Source of the DNA: a virus
Lineage: Duplodnaviria > Caudoviricetes
Strand: one strand, 5' to 3'
IMG/VR virus record: IMGVR_UViG_3300032218_000035
Coordinates: 1-31,638 of that record
Length of the DNA stretch: 31,638 nucleotides
In this document: one piece after another, positions 10,077 to 17,589 of the stretch
Layout: every line of letters begins with the position of its first letter
Numbering within the stretch: position 1 is the first letter of the stretch
The notes under the pieces: model-generated
Seen by the model: only the letters and a program-made list of their open reading frames with translations
Database searches by the model: none
Told to the model about the DNA's origin: nothing
Made by a program: the position numbers and the translations under genes

Positions 10077-10522
10077 ATTTCAACTCCAATTGTCTTTATA
10101 GGCCGCTTAATTATCTCGGCAATTTCTTCAACATGATAAGTTGGAAACACATGATCAAATTCATTTCTGATCCGAATATTCCACTCTTTTGGTTGCTCAA
10201 AAAGTTTGTTTGTATCAGCAAAACGACCCTCTTTAATTCGATCAACCCAGATCACAAAATCAGCGGCAAACGCCTTTCTTGTTTCCTCAGTTGGGCAGAT
10301 TAAATCTGCAATCGCATGGCATCCCCATCTAGAAGCTACTGAACACAAATGACCCATGCGTCTTGCTTGCTCAATACGATCCTCAATGCTAAAGCCTAAA
10401 TCTTTGTTGATATGCTGACGAATGTCATCAGCATTGAAATGAACGGCACTCATCAATCTAGCCAGTTCAGTTGCTAGTGTGGTTTTCCCTGCGCCAGGCA
10501 GTCCCATCACTAAAATTTTCAT
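10073..10522 (-). CDS. cysC: Adenylyl-sulfate (APS) kinase, compact form
   Basis: Walker A GLPGAGKTT, FNADDIR (cf. LDGDNVR), DLGFSIEDRIEQARR (cf. DLGFSxxDRxENIRR), ICP and C-terminal FEQP. Confidence 0.85.
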   Translation of the reverse strand: MKILVMGLPGAGKTTLATELARLMSAVHFNADDIRQHINKDLGFSIEDRIEQARRMGHLCSVASRWGCHAIADLICPTEETRKAFAADFVIWVDRIKEGRFADTNKLFEQPKEWNIRIRNEFDHVFPTYHVEEIAEIIKRPIKTIGVEI

Positions 10523-11079
10523 TTTTTCAGGCTTTGCAAATTGTTGAGCAACGCAAAATCAGCCGCATAAAACTCATCTAATTTTGCTTTGACTTCAGGA
10601 GTTGATTGAATGTAGGCCAATGCTTGTTCATCCAATTCCTTTGGAGAATCATTCATCACAAACTGAAAATCAAAGTTTTCAATTGTTTTTGCTTGGTACT
10701 TTGCTGCCAGTTGTTTTAATTTTTCGTTTAGCTGATTGTCAATAACAATGACTTCATCAAACTTTTGATCGCCAATGTATGAACTCTGAGTTTGCAAATG
10801 AAATTCCATTTCTGACAAACCCAAAGTGGCAACGCAATCGTTAATGTGTTTTTGCACATCAACATTCATGCCTTCATAAGTTGTGCGCTTTGGCAAACCC
10901 GTAGGTGGGTATGAACCAAACAAGGAAATTTCATCAACAATTGTTTTTACATTTGACCAAAAACGAATGTATGGGTCACGCAAAAAACAAACCGAAACAT
11001 CTTGCTCACACATCAATGTTTGAGACAAAAATAACGCATATCGTGATGCGTTTTTTGGGATTTCAAGGATTTTTATCAT
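10519..11079 (-). CDS. PAPS-dependent sulfotransferase (Sulfotransfer_2 / HNK-1-like family)
   Basis: 5'-PSB loop IPKNAS, 3'-PB motif FLRDPYIRFWS, HLQTQ (HxxxQ) and C-terminal FYAADFALL; adjacent to the APS kinase. Confidence 0.75.
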   Translation of the reverse strand: MIKILEIPKNASRYALFLSQTLMCEQDVSVCFLRDPYIRFWSNVKTIVDEISLFGSYPPTGLPKRTTYEGMNVDVQKHINDCVATLGLSEMEFHLQTQSSYIGDQKFDEVIVIDNQLNEKLKQLAAKYQAKTIENFDFQFVMNDSPKELDEQALAYIQSTPEVKAKLDEFYAADFALLNNLQSLKK

Positions 11080-12176
11080 GAAAATGCCACTCCGCTAGTC
11101 ACACCACGAAACACAACAATTGCCGTACAAGCATTGTTTGCTTTTGCTGTGATCGTAATATTGCCATACGAACCAGCGGATTTTGTGGCTGTAAAAGTTG
11201 GCGCTGTTGTAATTGAAAATCCATTCATGGATGAATTATTAGCAATCAAAGTGCTTGATCCACCGCCATACCAACTACTACTGCCAAGTGAAGTTTGTGC
11301 AGCGTAAGAATACACATAAACAGCCATACCATCAGGGTAACTTCCTGATTGAATAATAATTTCAAACACGCCACCAATAGTTGAACCATACGAATTTTCC
11401 GTGATGGTCATAATCGTTGTTGTGGTATTTGCCGCCAACGATGTTTGCTTTGATGTAAGTTGTTGGTAATTTACAAGTGTGGTGTCACCTGTTGATGTCA
11501 GTGTGGTGAACTTGCCTGTGGTTGCAGTTGTTGCACCAATAGTCACGCCATTCAATGCGCTGACTGTGCCACCCAAAGAAACAGCAGTTGAGCCAAATGT
11601 GATGGAAGAATTTGACAAACCACCATTAGGGATGCCTGTGAAATTCGTGCCTGTCAATGTTGGTGTGTTTGTCCAAGAGGGTGCGCCTGACGCATTACCA
11701 ATCAAGACTTGAGTGTTTGTTCCCGCTGCGGTGCTTCCCATCGCAGTTGTGCTTGCACCATAAATCAGGCCATATTGGGTCAGATTGCTTGTCTGTCCTG
11801 TTCCACCATTGCCAACACCCAAAGTGCCTGAAACATGGGTTGACAGGCCAATCTTGCCCCACAAAGGCGCTGTGCTTACGCCACCAGAGATTAAGGCGTT
11901 GCCAGTTGCCACATCAGGAAGTTTGGCAAGTGTGGTGGTGGTGTCTGCATAAATTAGATCACCAACAGCATAAGATGTTTGCCCTGTGCCACCAGCAGTT
12001 GCTGGAACAGTTTTCCAACCAATTACCTGAACGGCATTTGCGTTGTCTTTGTAAAACAACTTGCCATCGGTAATGTTGATTGCCAATTCACCACTAGCAA
12101 GACTTGCCGCCAAAGGAACATTGGTGGTCGTGCTGCTGTAGTAAAGCTGAATGGGGGTGTAGCCTGTCTGTGCCAT
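11076..12176 (-). CDS. Tail fibre protein
   Basis: N-terminal IQLYYSSTTTNVPLAASLASGELAINITDGKLFYKD fibre-attachment motif; GGTGQT repeats; Ser/Thr/Gly-rich. Confidence 0.75.
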   Translation of the reverse strand: MAQTGYTPIQLYYSSTTTNVPLAASLASGELAINITDGKLFYKDNANAVQVIGWKTVPATAGGTGQTSYAVGDLIYADTTTTLAKLPDVATGNALISGGVSTAPLWGKIGLSTHVSGTLGVGNGGTGQTSNLTQYGLIYGASTTAMGSTAAGTNTQVLIGNASGAPSWTNTPTLTGTNFTGIPNGGLSNSSITFGSTAVSLGGTVSALNGVTIGATTATTGKFTTLTSTGDTTLVNYQQLTSKQTSLAANTTTTIMTITENSYGSTIGGVFEIIIQSGSYPDGMAVYVYSYAAQTSLGSSSWYGGGSSTLIANNSSMNGFSITTAPTFTATKSAGSYGNITITAKANNACTAIVVFRGVTSGVAFS

Positions 12177-12452
12177 TTAGATGCTCGGTGTAAAGACTTG
12201 GGGCAACCAAGGGGCAACAACAGTCTTTTGAGTGACTGCCGCTTGTTCATCAAGCCTTGCCTCAACTTGTGCGCCAATATCTCTTTTAACCCAATCAATG
12301 ACCATTTCTTCGGTCACATCGGCAAAAGGAGTAGTCAAAACAGGCTCGGCAAAATTCCACCAACCTTCTGTGTCAACTCCATTTTTAGCGCAGAAATACC
12401 TAGCGCCTGTGATCAGATCGCCATCGGCTTGAATTTCTAGTATTTTCCACAT
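12177..12452 (-). CDS. Small acidic fibre-associated protein
   Basis: 91 aa between two fibre genes, PFADVTEEMVIDWVK...APW motif; abuts both neighbours. Confidence 0.55.
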   Translation of the reverse strand: MWKILEIQADGDLITGARYFCAKNGVDTEGWWNFAEPVLTTPFADVTEEMVIDWVKRDIGAQVEARLDEQAAVTQKTVVAPWLPQVFTPSI

Positions 12453-14512
12453 CAGAATGTGCCTCCAAGAACGCCACCAGTTGCGGTCAAAACGCCTGTG
12501 GATGGATTAAATTTCAGTTTAGTGGATGATACCTTGATTGGCAAATTTCCTGAAGTGGAAGTCACCCAAGACAAGTACATATCGGTCGCTGTGCTAGTGT
12601 CATCCGTTACCGCCACATTGGTTGCATTTGTTGCGGTTGTGGCAGTAGTTGCCGAACCCGCAGAACCATCGATGTTTACGCCTGTCAAAGACTGTGCGCT
12701 GCTTGACCGATTCAAAGCAATGGAAGTCGTGCCAATGTAAAGGCTTGAATTGCCCAATACACCGCTTGGAATTGTTCCCGATAGTTGTCCCGCAGGGAGG
12801 CTTGTCAGGCTTGCCCCAGAGCCGCTAAAACCCGTTGCTGTGAACAATCCTGTGCTTGGGTTGTAGTTCAGCTTGGTAGAACTGACATATTCGGTTGTCA
12901 GGTTGCCTGTGGTCTGATTTGCAAACAGTGGATAACGCACCGCATTTGTGGTGGTGTCATCTGTCACAGTCGCATAAGCGGTCGGAGTTGTCCAAGTCGG
13001 TGCGCTTGAGCCATTGGAAGTCAAAACTTGACCCGCTGAACCCGTTGCACCTGACACCGCCAAAGTGCTACTGAAATCAATAGTGGTGAACTTTCCAGTT
13101 GTCGGAGTGGTTGCGCCAACAGTTCCATTAATATTGATTGACGCAGTTCCTGTCAGATTAGTAACTGTGCCGCTAGATGGCGTACCCAAAGCCCCACCAT
13201 TGACCACAAAAGCCCCGCTAGAGCCTGTATTCACGCCCAAAGCTGTCACTACCCCTGTGCCTGTTGTAATCGTGCTAGGGGCTAATCCCGCACCGCCACC
13301 AATCATCAAAGCATTTGCCGCCAAAGCCGCAGAAGATGCCCATGCCGATGCGCTTGAAAAGTAAGGAATACCACCGCTAGTTCCCGCCACAGTCAAAGCC
13401 AATGTGCCTGAAGTTGTGATGGGTGAGCCGCCAACAGAAATGATGCCACCCGTAAAGGTTTGAGCAACAGAAGTCACAGTTCCTGTGGTGGGTGTTGCCC
13501 ATGAGGGAATACCCGATGCCAAAGTCAAAACTTGCCCATTTGTGCCAGCACTCAAAAATGCGGTTGCACTAGAGCCTGTTTGGTAAGGAATAGCACCAAC
13601 AGTTCCATTTGCAAGATTTGTTGCAGATGTTGCCGTTGCCGCATTACCTGAAATTGATCCTGTGATCGTATTGGTCACACTCAAATTGGTAAGTGTTCCA
13701 ACGCCTGTAATGCCTGTATATGATCCTGATATACGGGCGGTGTCAATCGTGCCACTAGTGATCTGAGTGGCGGCAATTGCAATGTTTGTGCTACCCGCTA
13801 AAGTCAATTGGCCTTGTGCGTTGACAGTGAAAGTCCCAACCTGAGAAGCAGAACCATAGGCTGCCGCTGTAACGCCTGTGTTGGTAATGCTGAAAGTGTT
13901 GCCTGTAAGGGTTAACCCTGTTCCCGCTAAATAAGAACCCGCACCCGAAAACTGTGACCAAGTGATTGGGGTCACATCAATTGTGCCGCCTTGATTGGCA
14001 GTGCAAACCCATCCTGTATCAGATAAGGTTGTCCCTGATTCAATAAAGGTGAACGCTGATGGCACTTCAGCCCAAACATTCATGTCGGCTGATCGTGACC
14101 AAGCTGTTGCAGAGGCCACATAAATGCCGTTGAATTGGCTGCTTGACTGATTCTTGACCAGAATCCGATCACCCGAACTTAGACTTGTTGCCCAATCACC
14201 ACCGCCCTGAGTGCCAAGACCCGACAAGGTAATGTTTGCCGTTGTGGAGTAAACGCACGATGCTTTGACATCAAGACCTTGGGCGACCGAATCCACATAA
14301 CCCTTGTTGGCAATGTCAGTGTCGGCAGATGGGGTTGTAGTGATCGTGCCAGTTACAGTCGTAATGCTTGTAAAGGTGGCGTTTGCAGGGCCATAAAAAG
14401 GCGTTCCCGCTGGCCCAACAAAGTATTGGAGGGCAAAGGTAGGCTCAGGGGCAAAAACGCCCTGAACAGGGACAATGTTGGTTGTCTGAGTGACAGCCGC
14501 GCTGTTAGACAT
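12452..14512 (-). CDS. Long Ser/Thr/Gly-rich fibre (tail or head fibre)
   Basis: ANKGYVD...QGLDVKASC...GDRILVKNQ...NGIYV domain typical of phage fibres; internal repeats. Confidence 0.75.
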   Translation of the reverse strand: MSNSAAVTQTTNIVPVQGVFAPEPTFALQYFVGPAGTPFYGPANATFTSITTVTGTITTTPSADTDIANKGYVDSVAQGLDVKASCVYSTTANITLSGLGTQGGGDWATSLSSGDRILVKNQSSSQFNGIYVASATAWSRSADMNVWAEVPSAFTFIESGTTLSDTGWVCTANQGGTIDVTPITWSQFSGAGSYLAGTGLTLTGNTFSITNTGVTAAAYGSASQVGTFTVNAQGQLTLAGSTNIAIAATQITSGTIDTARISGSYTGITGVGTLTNLSVTNTITGSISGNAATATSATNLANGTVGAIPYQTGSSATAFLSAGTNGQVLTLASGIPSWATPTTGTVTSVAQTFTGGIISVGGSPITTSGTLALTVAGTSGGIPYFSSASAWASSAALAANALMIGGGAGLAPSTITTGTGVVTALGVNTGSSGAFVVNGGALGTPSSGTVTNLTGTASININGTVGATTPTTGKFTTIDFSSTLAVSGATGSAGQVLTSNGSSAPTWTTPTAYATVTDDTTTNAVRYPLFANQTTGNLTTEYVSSTKLNYNPSTGLFTATGFSGSGASLTSLPAGQLSGTIPSGVLGNSSLYIGTTSIALNRSSSAQSLTGVNIDGSAGSATTATTATNATNVAVTDDTSTATDMYLSWVTSTSGNLPIKVSSTKLKFNPSTGVLTATGGVLGGTF

Positions 14513-14775
14513 TATTCGTAGTAAACAGTTACGCTTGCAGTGCCGCTAATCACGACATACAAGCCGTTTTCACAATTAATGCCATCAAAGAAGTTGATGT
14601 TTTGTGCCGCTGACATTGTGTAAGTGTCAATGATTTTGACAGTTGTGTCAGGGGTTTGGGCATCGTACACAGTGATTGTGGGAGTAAGCGTCACGCTGGT
14701 GCAAAAAATGCCTTTAAGTTTGCCAGGCTGATTCTTCACCAAAGTGGTAGCGGAAATCTGTGAATAATTTGACAT
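14512..14775 (-). CDS. Small beta-rich virion protein, hypothetical
   Basis: 87 aa from ATG 14775 (AAGG SD); GLYVVISGTASVTVYYE C-terminus; lies in the structural module. Confidence 0.55.
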   Translation of the reverse strand: MSNYSQISATTLVKNQPGKLKGIFCTSVTLTPTITVYDAQTPDTTVKIIDTYTMSAAQNINFFDGINCENGLYVVISGTASVTVYYE

Positions 14776-14810
14776 ACCAATGCCTTTCAAGTCATTAAAT
14801 TATATGTTCT

Positions 14811-14848
14811 AAAAAAGAAAAAGCCACCCCTTTTGAGGGCAGCCTTTT
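14811..14848 (-). terminator. Rho-independent terminator after the coat/decoration genes
   Basis: Minus strand GGCTGCCCTC-AAAA-GGGGTGGC followed by TTTTTCTTTTTT. Confidence 0.8.
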
Positions 14849-14867
14849 CAATTATTTCAAGCCATTT

Positions 14868-15290
14868 TTATGGCAAGAAAGTCAGGTCATAGCCGTAAAT
14901 AAATACATCAGCGGTAGCTGGTACGCCCTGAACAGTCGTGTTACGAATGTACAAAGGAGTGCCTGTTACAGCGTCAGTAGATGTTGCAGCGGTCACAACA
15001 GTCTTAGCGGCTGTGGTGTTGCCTGACAAAGCATAAGTCGATTTGACTGCTGTGCCAGTAGCGCCAGGGCCTGTGTACACTGCCAAATAAGCAGTATCCA
15101 AGCTAACTGAAGCGTTGGTCACGATGATGCTTTGTACGCTGACACGGCCTGACACCAAGATTGGTGCAATTGTGTCGGCTACTAGGTTGAGGTTGACACC
15201 CTGTGCAGAGGCGATCAAGCGTAAAGCCTGATTGGTCGCCAATTGACTTGGGTGATTGGTGGTGGTACTTGCTGCGCCTGGATTAGCCAT
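14868..15290 (-). CDS. Putative capsid decoration protein
   Basis: 140 aa, Thr/Ala/Val-rich, immediately after the coat gene and before the terminator; strong AAGGAAGGA SD. Confidence 0.55.
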   Translation of the reverse strand: MANPGAASTTTNHPSQLATNQALRLIASAQGVNLNLVADTIAPILVSGRVSVQSIIVTNASVSLDTAYLAVYTGPGATGTAVKSTYALSGNTTAAKTVVTAATSTDAVTGTPLYIRNTTVQGVPATADVFIYGYDLTFLP

Positions 15291-15313
15291 GATGCGTTTC
15301 CTTCCTTAGTTAA

Positions 15314-16561
15314 TTAAGCCGCAACTCGGCAAGCGAGTTCGGGGTACAGAGGGGCCCAACCATACAAGACATCCACACGAGTTGGAATACTGTCATTGTT
15401 GATTGTATATTGCCTAATCACACGGAGAGAAAGTCCCAACTCTTTGTCGCTTGCACGACCAGCAAAGACCACTCCGTCTGGCAATTCCAGGTCAGCCGTA
15501 GCCAGCGTAAATGCATTTTTGTGCATAACGATGTTTTGGGGAGACACAGTGCCAGTGTTGTTGAAAGGAGTCACAACAGCAGATGCGCTTGTTGAAGTGA
15601 CGCTCACATTTTGGAACTGACCACCAGTGATGACAGCGGGGCTGACAGTCACAGCAGTAGTGCCAGAAGTGGCAACAGTCACATCAGCAGTCACAACAAA
15701 GTTACGCAGTTTGCCAGAGCCGTAAGCAGAACGATTCTGTGGGTTAACAGCGTAAATGCCAGCGATCTGGATCACATCGCCTTGCTTCAAACCAGCGGTT
15801 GCGGTTGCAGCAGTCAATGCAATAGTCGATGTCTGAGCCCAACCAGTTGACAAGAAGCCAGTGGCGGTTGTGGTAGCGCAAGACAATGTAGCAGTTGAGT
15901 ATGAACCAAATGTTTGGTTCACCACGTTCTGATCCATCTTCCAGTTCATGCCAGCAGAGTCACGGCCCATCATGCCCTTTTGGTATTGTTTGCCAATCAC
16001 ATCGGATGGAACAAACAAACCCTTCAAGCTGTCAACAATGGTTGCGCCAGTGAAAGGCTCAACGATACATGAACGACGACCATCACGGGGTGCGCCTTCA
16101 GCATCCAAGTAAGCACCAGCGGTCAAGTAGGTGAGCAAAGATGTAGGAGGAGTGCCAGCAGTACCAACGATATTGGCGGTACTGTTCTTAGCCATTGTCA
16201 TACCATCAAAGTCAATTTTGTTGGCGACAGCAGCGACAGCGGGCTTCAAAACACGATCAGAGAACATATCCAAAGATAATGTTAAATCGGATGTGGTGAA
16301 TTGTGTGTCCACATGGAACTGAGTTGACAAGGTAACGGGAACAGAAGTCTCGTTAAAGTCCTCAACATTCAGTGCAGGGCCAGTAGTGCCGATGAAACGG
16401 CCTGGTCTACGAACATTAAGGGTATTCCCTATCTTCGCACCGCTGACAGCGAACTGATCATCGTAATTGCGGTCAACTTCACTTGAGAAAGTCAATTCAT
16501 TTTCCAAGACCATCAACGCTTCGTTGGTGATCATGGAGATAGTAAGCAGATTATTGCTCAT
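15314..16561 (-). CDS. Major capsid protein, P22 gp5-like
   Basis: NNLLTISMITNEALMVLENEL...KIGNTLNVRRP...RVDVLYGW, typical of the P22 coat family; follows the scaffold gene. Confidence 0.92.
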   Translation of the reverse strand: MSNNLLTISMITNEALMVLENELTFSSEVDRNYDDQFAVSGAKIGNTLNVRRPGRFIGTTGPALNVEDFNETSVPVTLSTQFHVDTQFTTSDLTLSLDMFSDRVLKPAVAAVANKIDFDGMTMAKNSTANIVGTAGTPPTSLLTYLTAGAYLDAEGAPRDGRRSCIVEPFTGATIVDSLKGLFVPSDVIGKQYQKGMMGRDSAGMNWKMDQNVVNQTFGSYSTATLSCATTTATGFLSTGWAQTSTIALTAATATAGLKQGDVIQIAGIYAVNPQNRSAYGSGKLRNFVVTADVTVATSGTTAVTVSPAVITGGQFQNVSVTSTSASAVVTPFNNTGTVSPQNIVMHKNAFTLATADLELPDGVVFAGRASDKELGLSLRVIRQYTINNDSIPTRVDVLYGWAPLYPELACRVAA

Positions 16562-16589
16562 AATATTTCCTTAAAAGAATGGGTTTATG

Positions 16590-17510
16590 TCAGCGGATTC
16601 GCCCTGAAAGTCTAGCCGCTTTCCAAGCCTGATACGAACCATGAAACTTCCCATCGGAAGTTAGATTCACATCACGCCCATTAGCCGCAGACCTTATCGG
16701 ATTAATCGGTGCTGGCGCTTTACTTTTCCCAACAACAGTCTTTGTCTGAGGCTCTGCCTTTTCAAACTGAGCCTCCAATTTCCCAATAGTTCTCAATGCC
16801 GATGTGACTGTCATGCCTTGCAGTTTTTCAGCAATCTCAGGGTTCTCAGCAAGGTGGTACAGGATTCTAGGGCCAGCTTCAGATTCAAAGATTGCATCAC
16901 GCACTTCGTTGCTCACAACAACATCGGCTGACCCAACCATGTCCTCAAAATCTGGCATTTCTGCTTTCGCAGATTCGACCCGCTTGGCCCAAGTGTTTAA
17001 CACTTCTTGGCGTTGCGCTTCGACCTTTGCCTGTTCTACCTTCTGCTTCTCCTGAATCATGCGTTCTTCAACTTTATAGTCTGTCAATGCTTTTGCATAT
17101 TCAAACATATCGCTGAACTGCTCTGGTCGGGGTTCTTCAGCAACTTCAACCTTTTGGGGCTGATTTCTGCCTTCAAGTTCCCTGACCTTGGCTTCTAAAG
17201 ATTCCCTCTGCTCACGCTCTCTGCGAGCTTCTTCTCTCGCTTCTTCACGCTGCTTGGTTATCTTCTCAAACCGAATTTCCAACTTAGGATTTCGTTTTCG
17301 ATCCTCTGTTGCTGTCGCTTCCTCTGACGCTTCAACTGGTTCACTCTGCCCATTATCGACCTCTGGCGGCTCTGCACTCGGTGCAGCCTCGCTAGGCGTT
17401 GAATCAGCTAAACCCATTCTCTTAGCGTTAAATTCAGCTAAATTTTCACTTGTAACCACATTAGCGGCTACTTTTGGTTGCACTTGTGGTGCTTCCTGAA
17501 CTTCTGACAT
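16590..17510 (-). CDS. Scaffolding protein
   Basis: Glu-rich coiled coil between portal and coat; GPRILYHLAENPE and KAPAPINP motifs; basic C-terminal tip. Confidence 0.8.
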   Translation of the reverse strand: MSEVQEAPQVQPKVAANVVTSENLAEFNAKRMGLADSTPSEAAPSAEPPEVDNGQSEPVEASEEATATEDRKRNPKLEIRFEKITKQREEAREEARREREQRESLEAKVRELEGRNQPQKVEVAEEPRPEQFSDMFEYAKALTDYKVEERMIQEKQKVEQAKVEAQRQEVLNTWAKRVESAKAEMPDFEDMVGSADVVVSNEVRDAIFESEAGPRILYHLAENPEIAEKLQGMTVTSALRTIGKLEAQFEKAEPQTKTVVGKSKAPAPINPIRSAANGRDVNLTSDGKFHGSYQAWKAARLSGRIR

Positions 17511-17530
17511 AGGTTTCCCTAAGAATTTTC

Positions 17531-17547
17531 CCTGTGAGCCTCACAGG
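17531..17547 (-). promoter_or_regulatory. Perfect inverted repeat in the scaffold 5' leader
   Basis: CCTGTGAG-C-CTCACAGG, 20 nt upstream of the scaffold ATG. Confidence 0.5.
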
Positions 17548-17560
17548 TAAGGTTTGAGTA

Positions 17561-17589
17561 ATTATTTACCCTAATTTGTTATCTGTCAA
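17561..17589 (-). promoter_or_regulatory. Sigma70-like promoter for scaffold-coat
   Basis: Minus strand TTGACA (17589-17584), 17-nt spacer, AATAAT (17566-17561). Confidence 0.6.

Noticed and set aside
7968-14512. Diversity-generating retroelement or invertible tail-fibre cassette
   Set aside because: No reverse transcriptase or invertase; repeats are visible only at the protein level, with no near-identical TR/VR pair noticed
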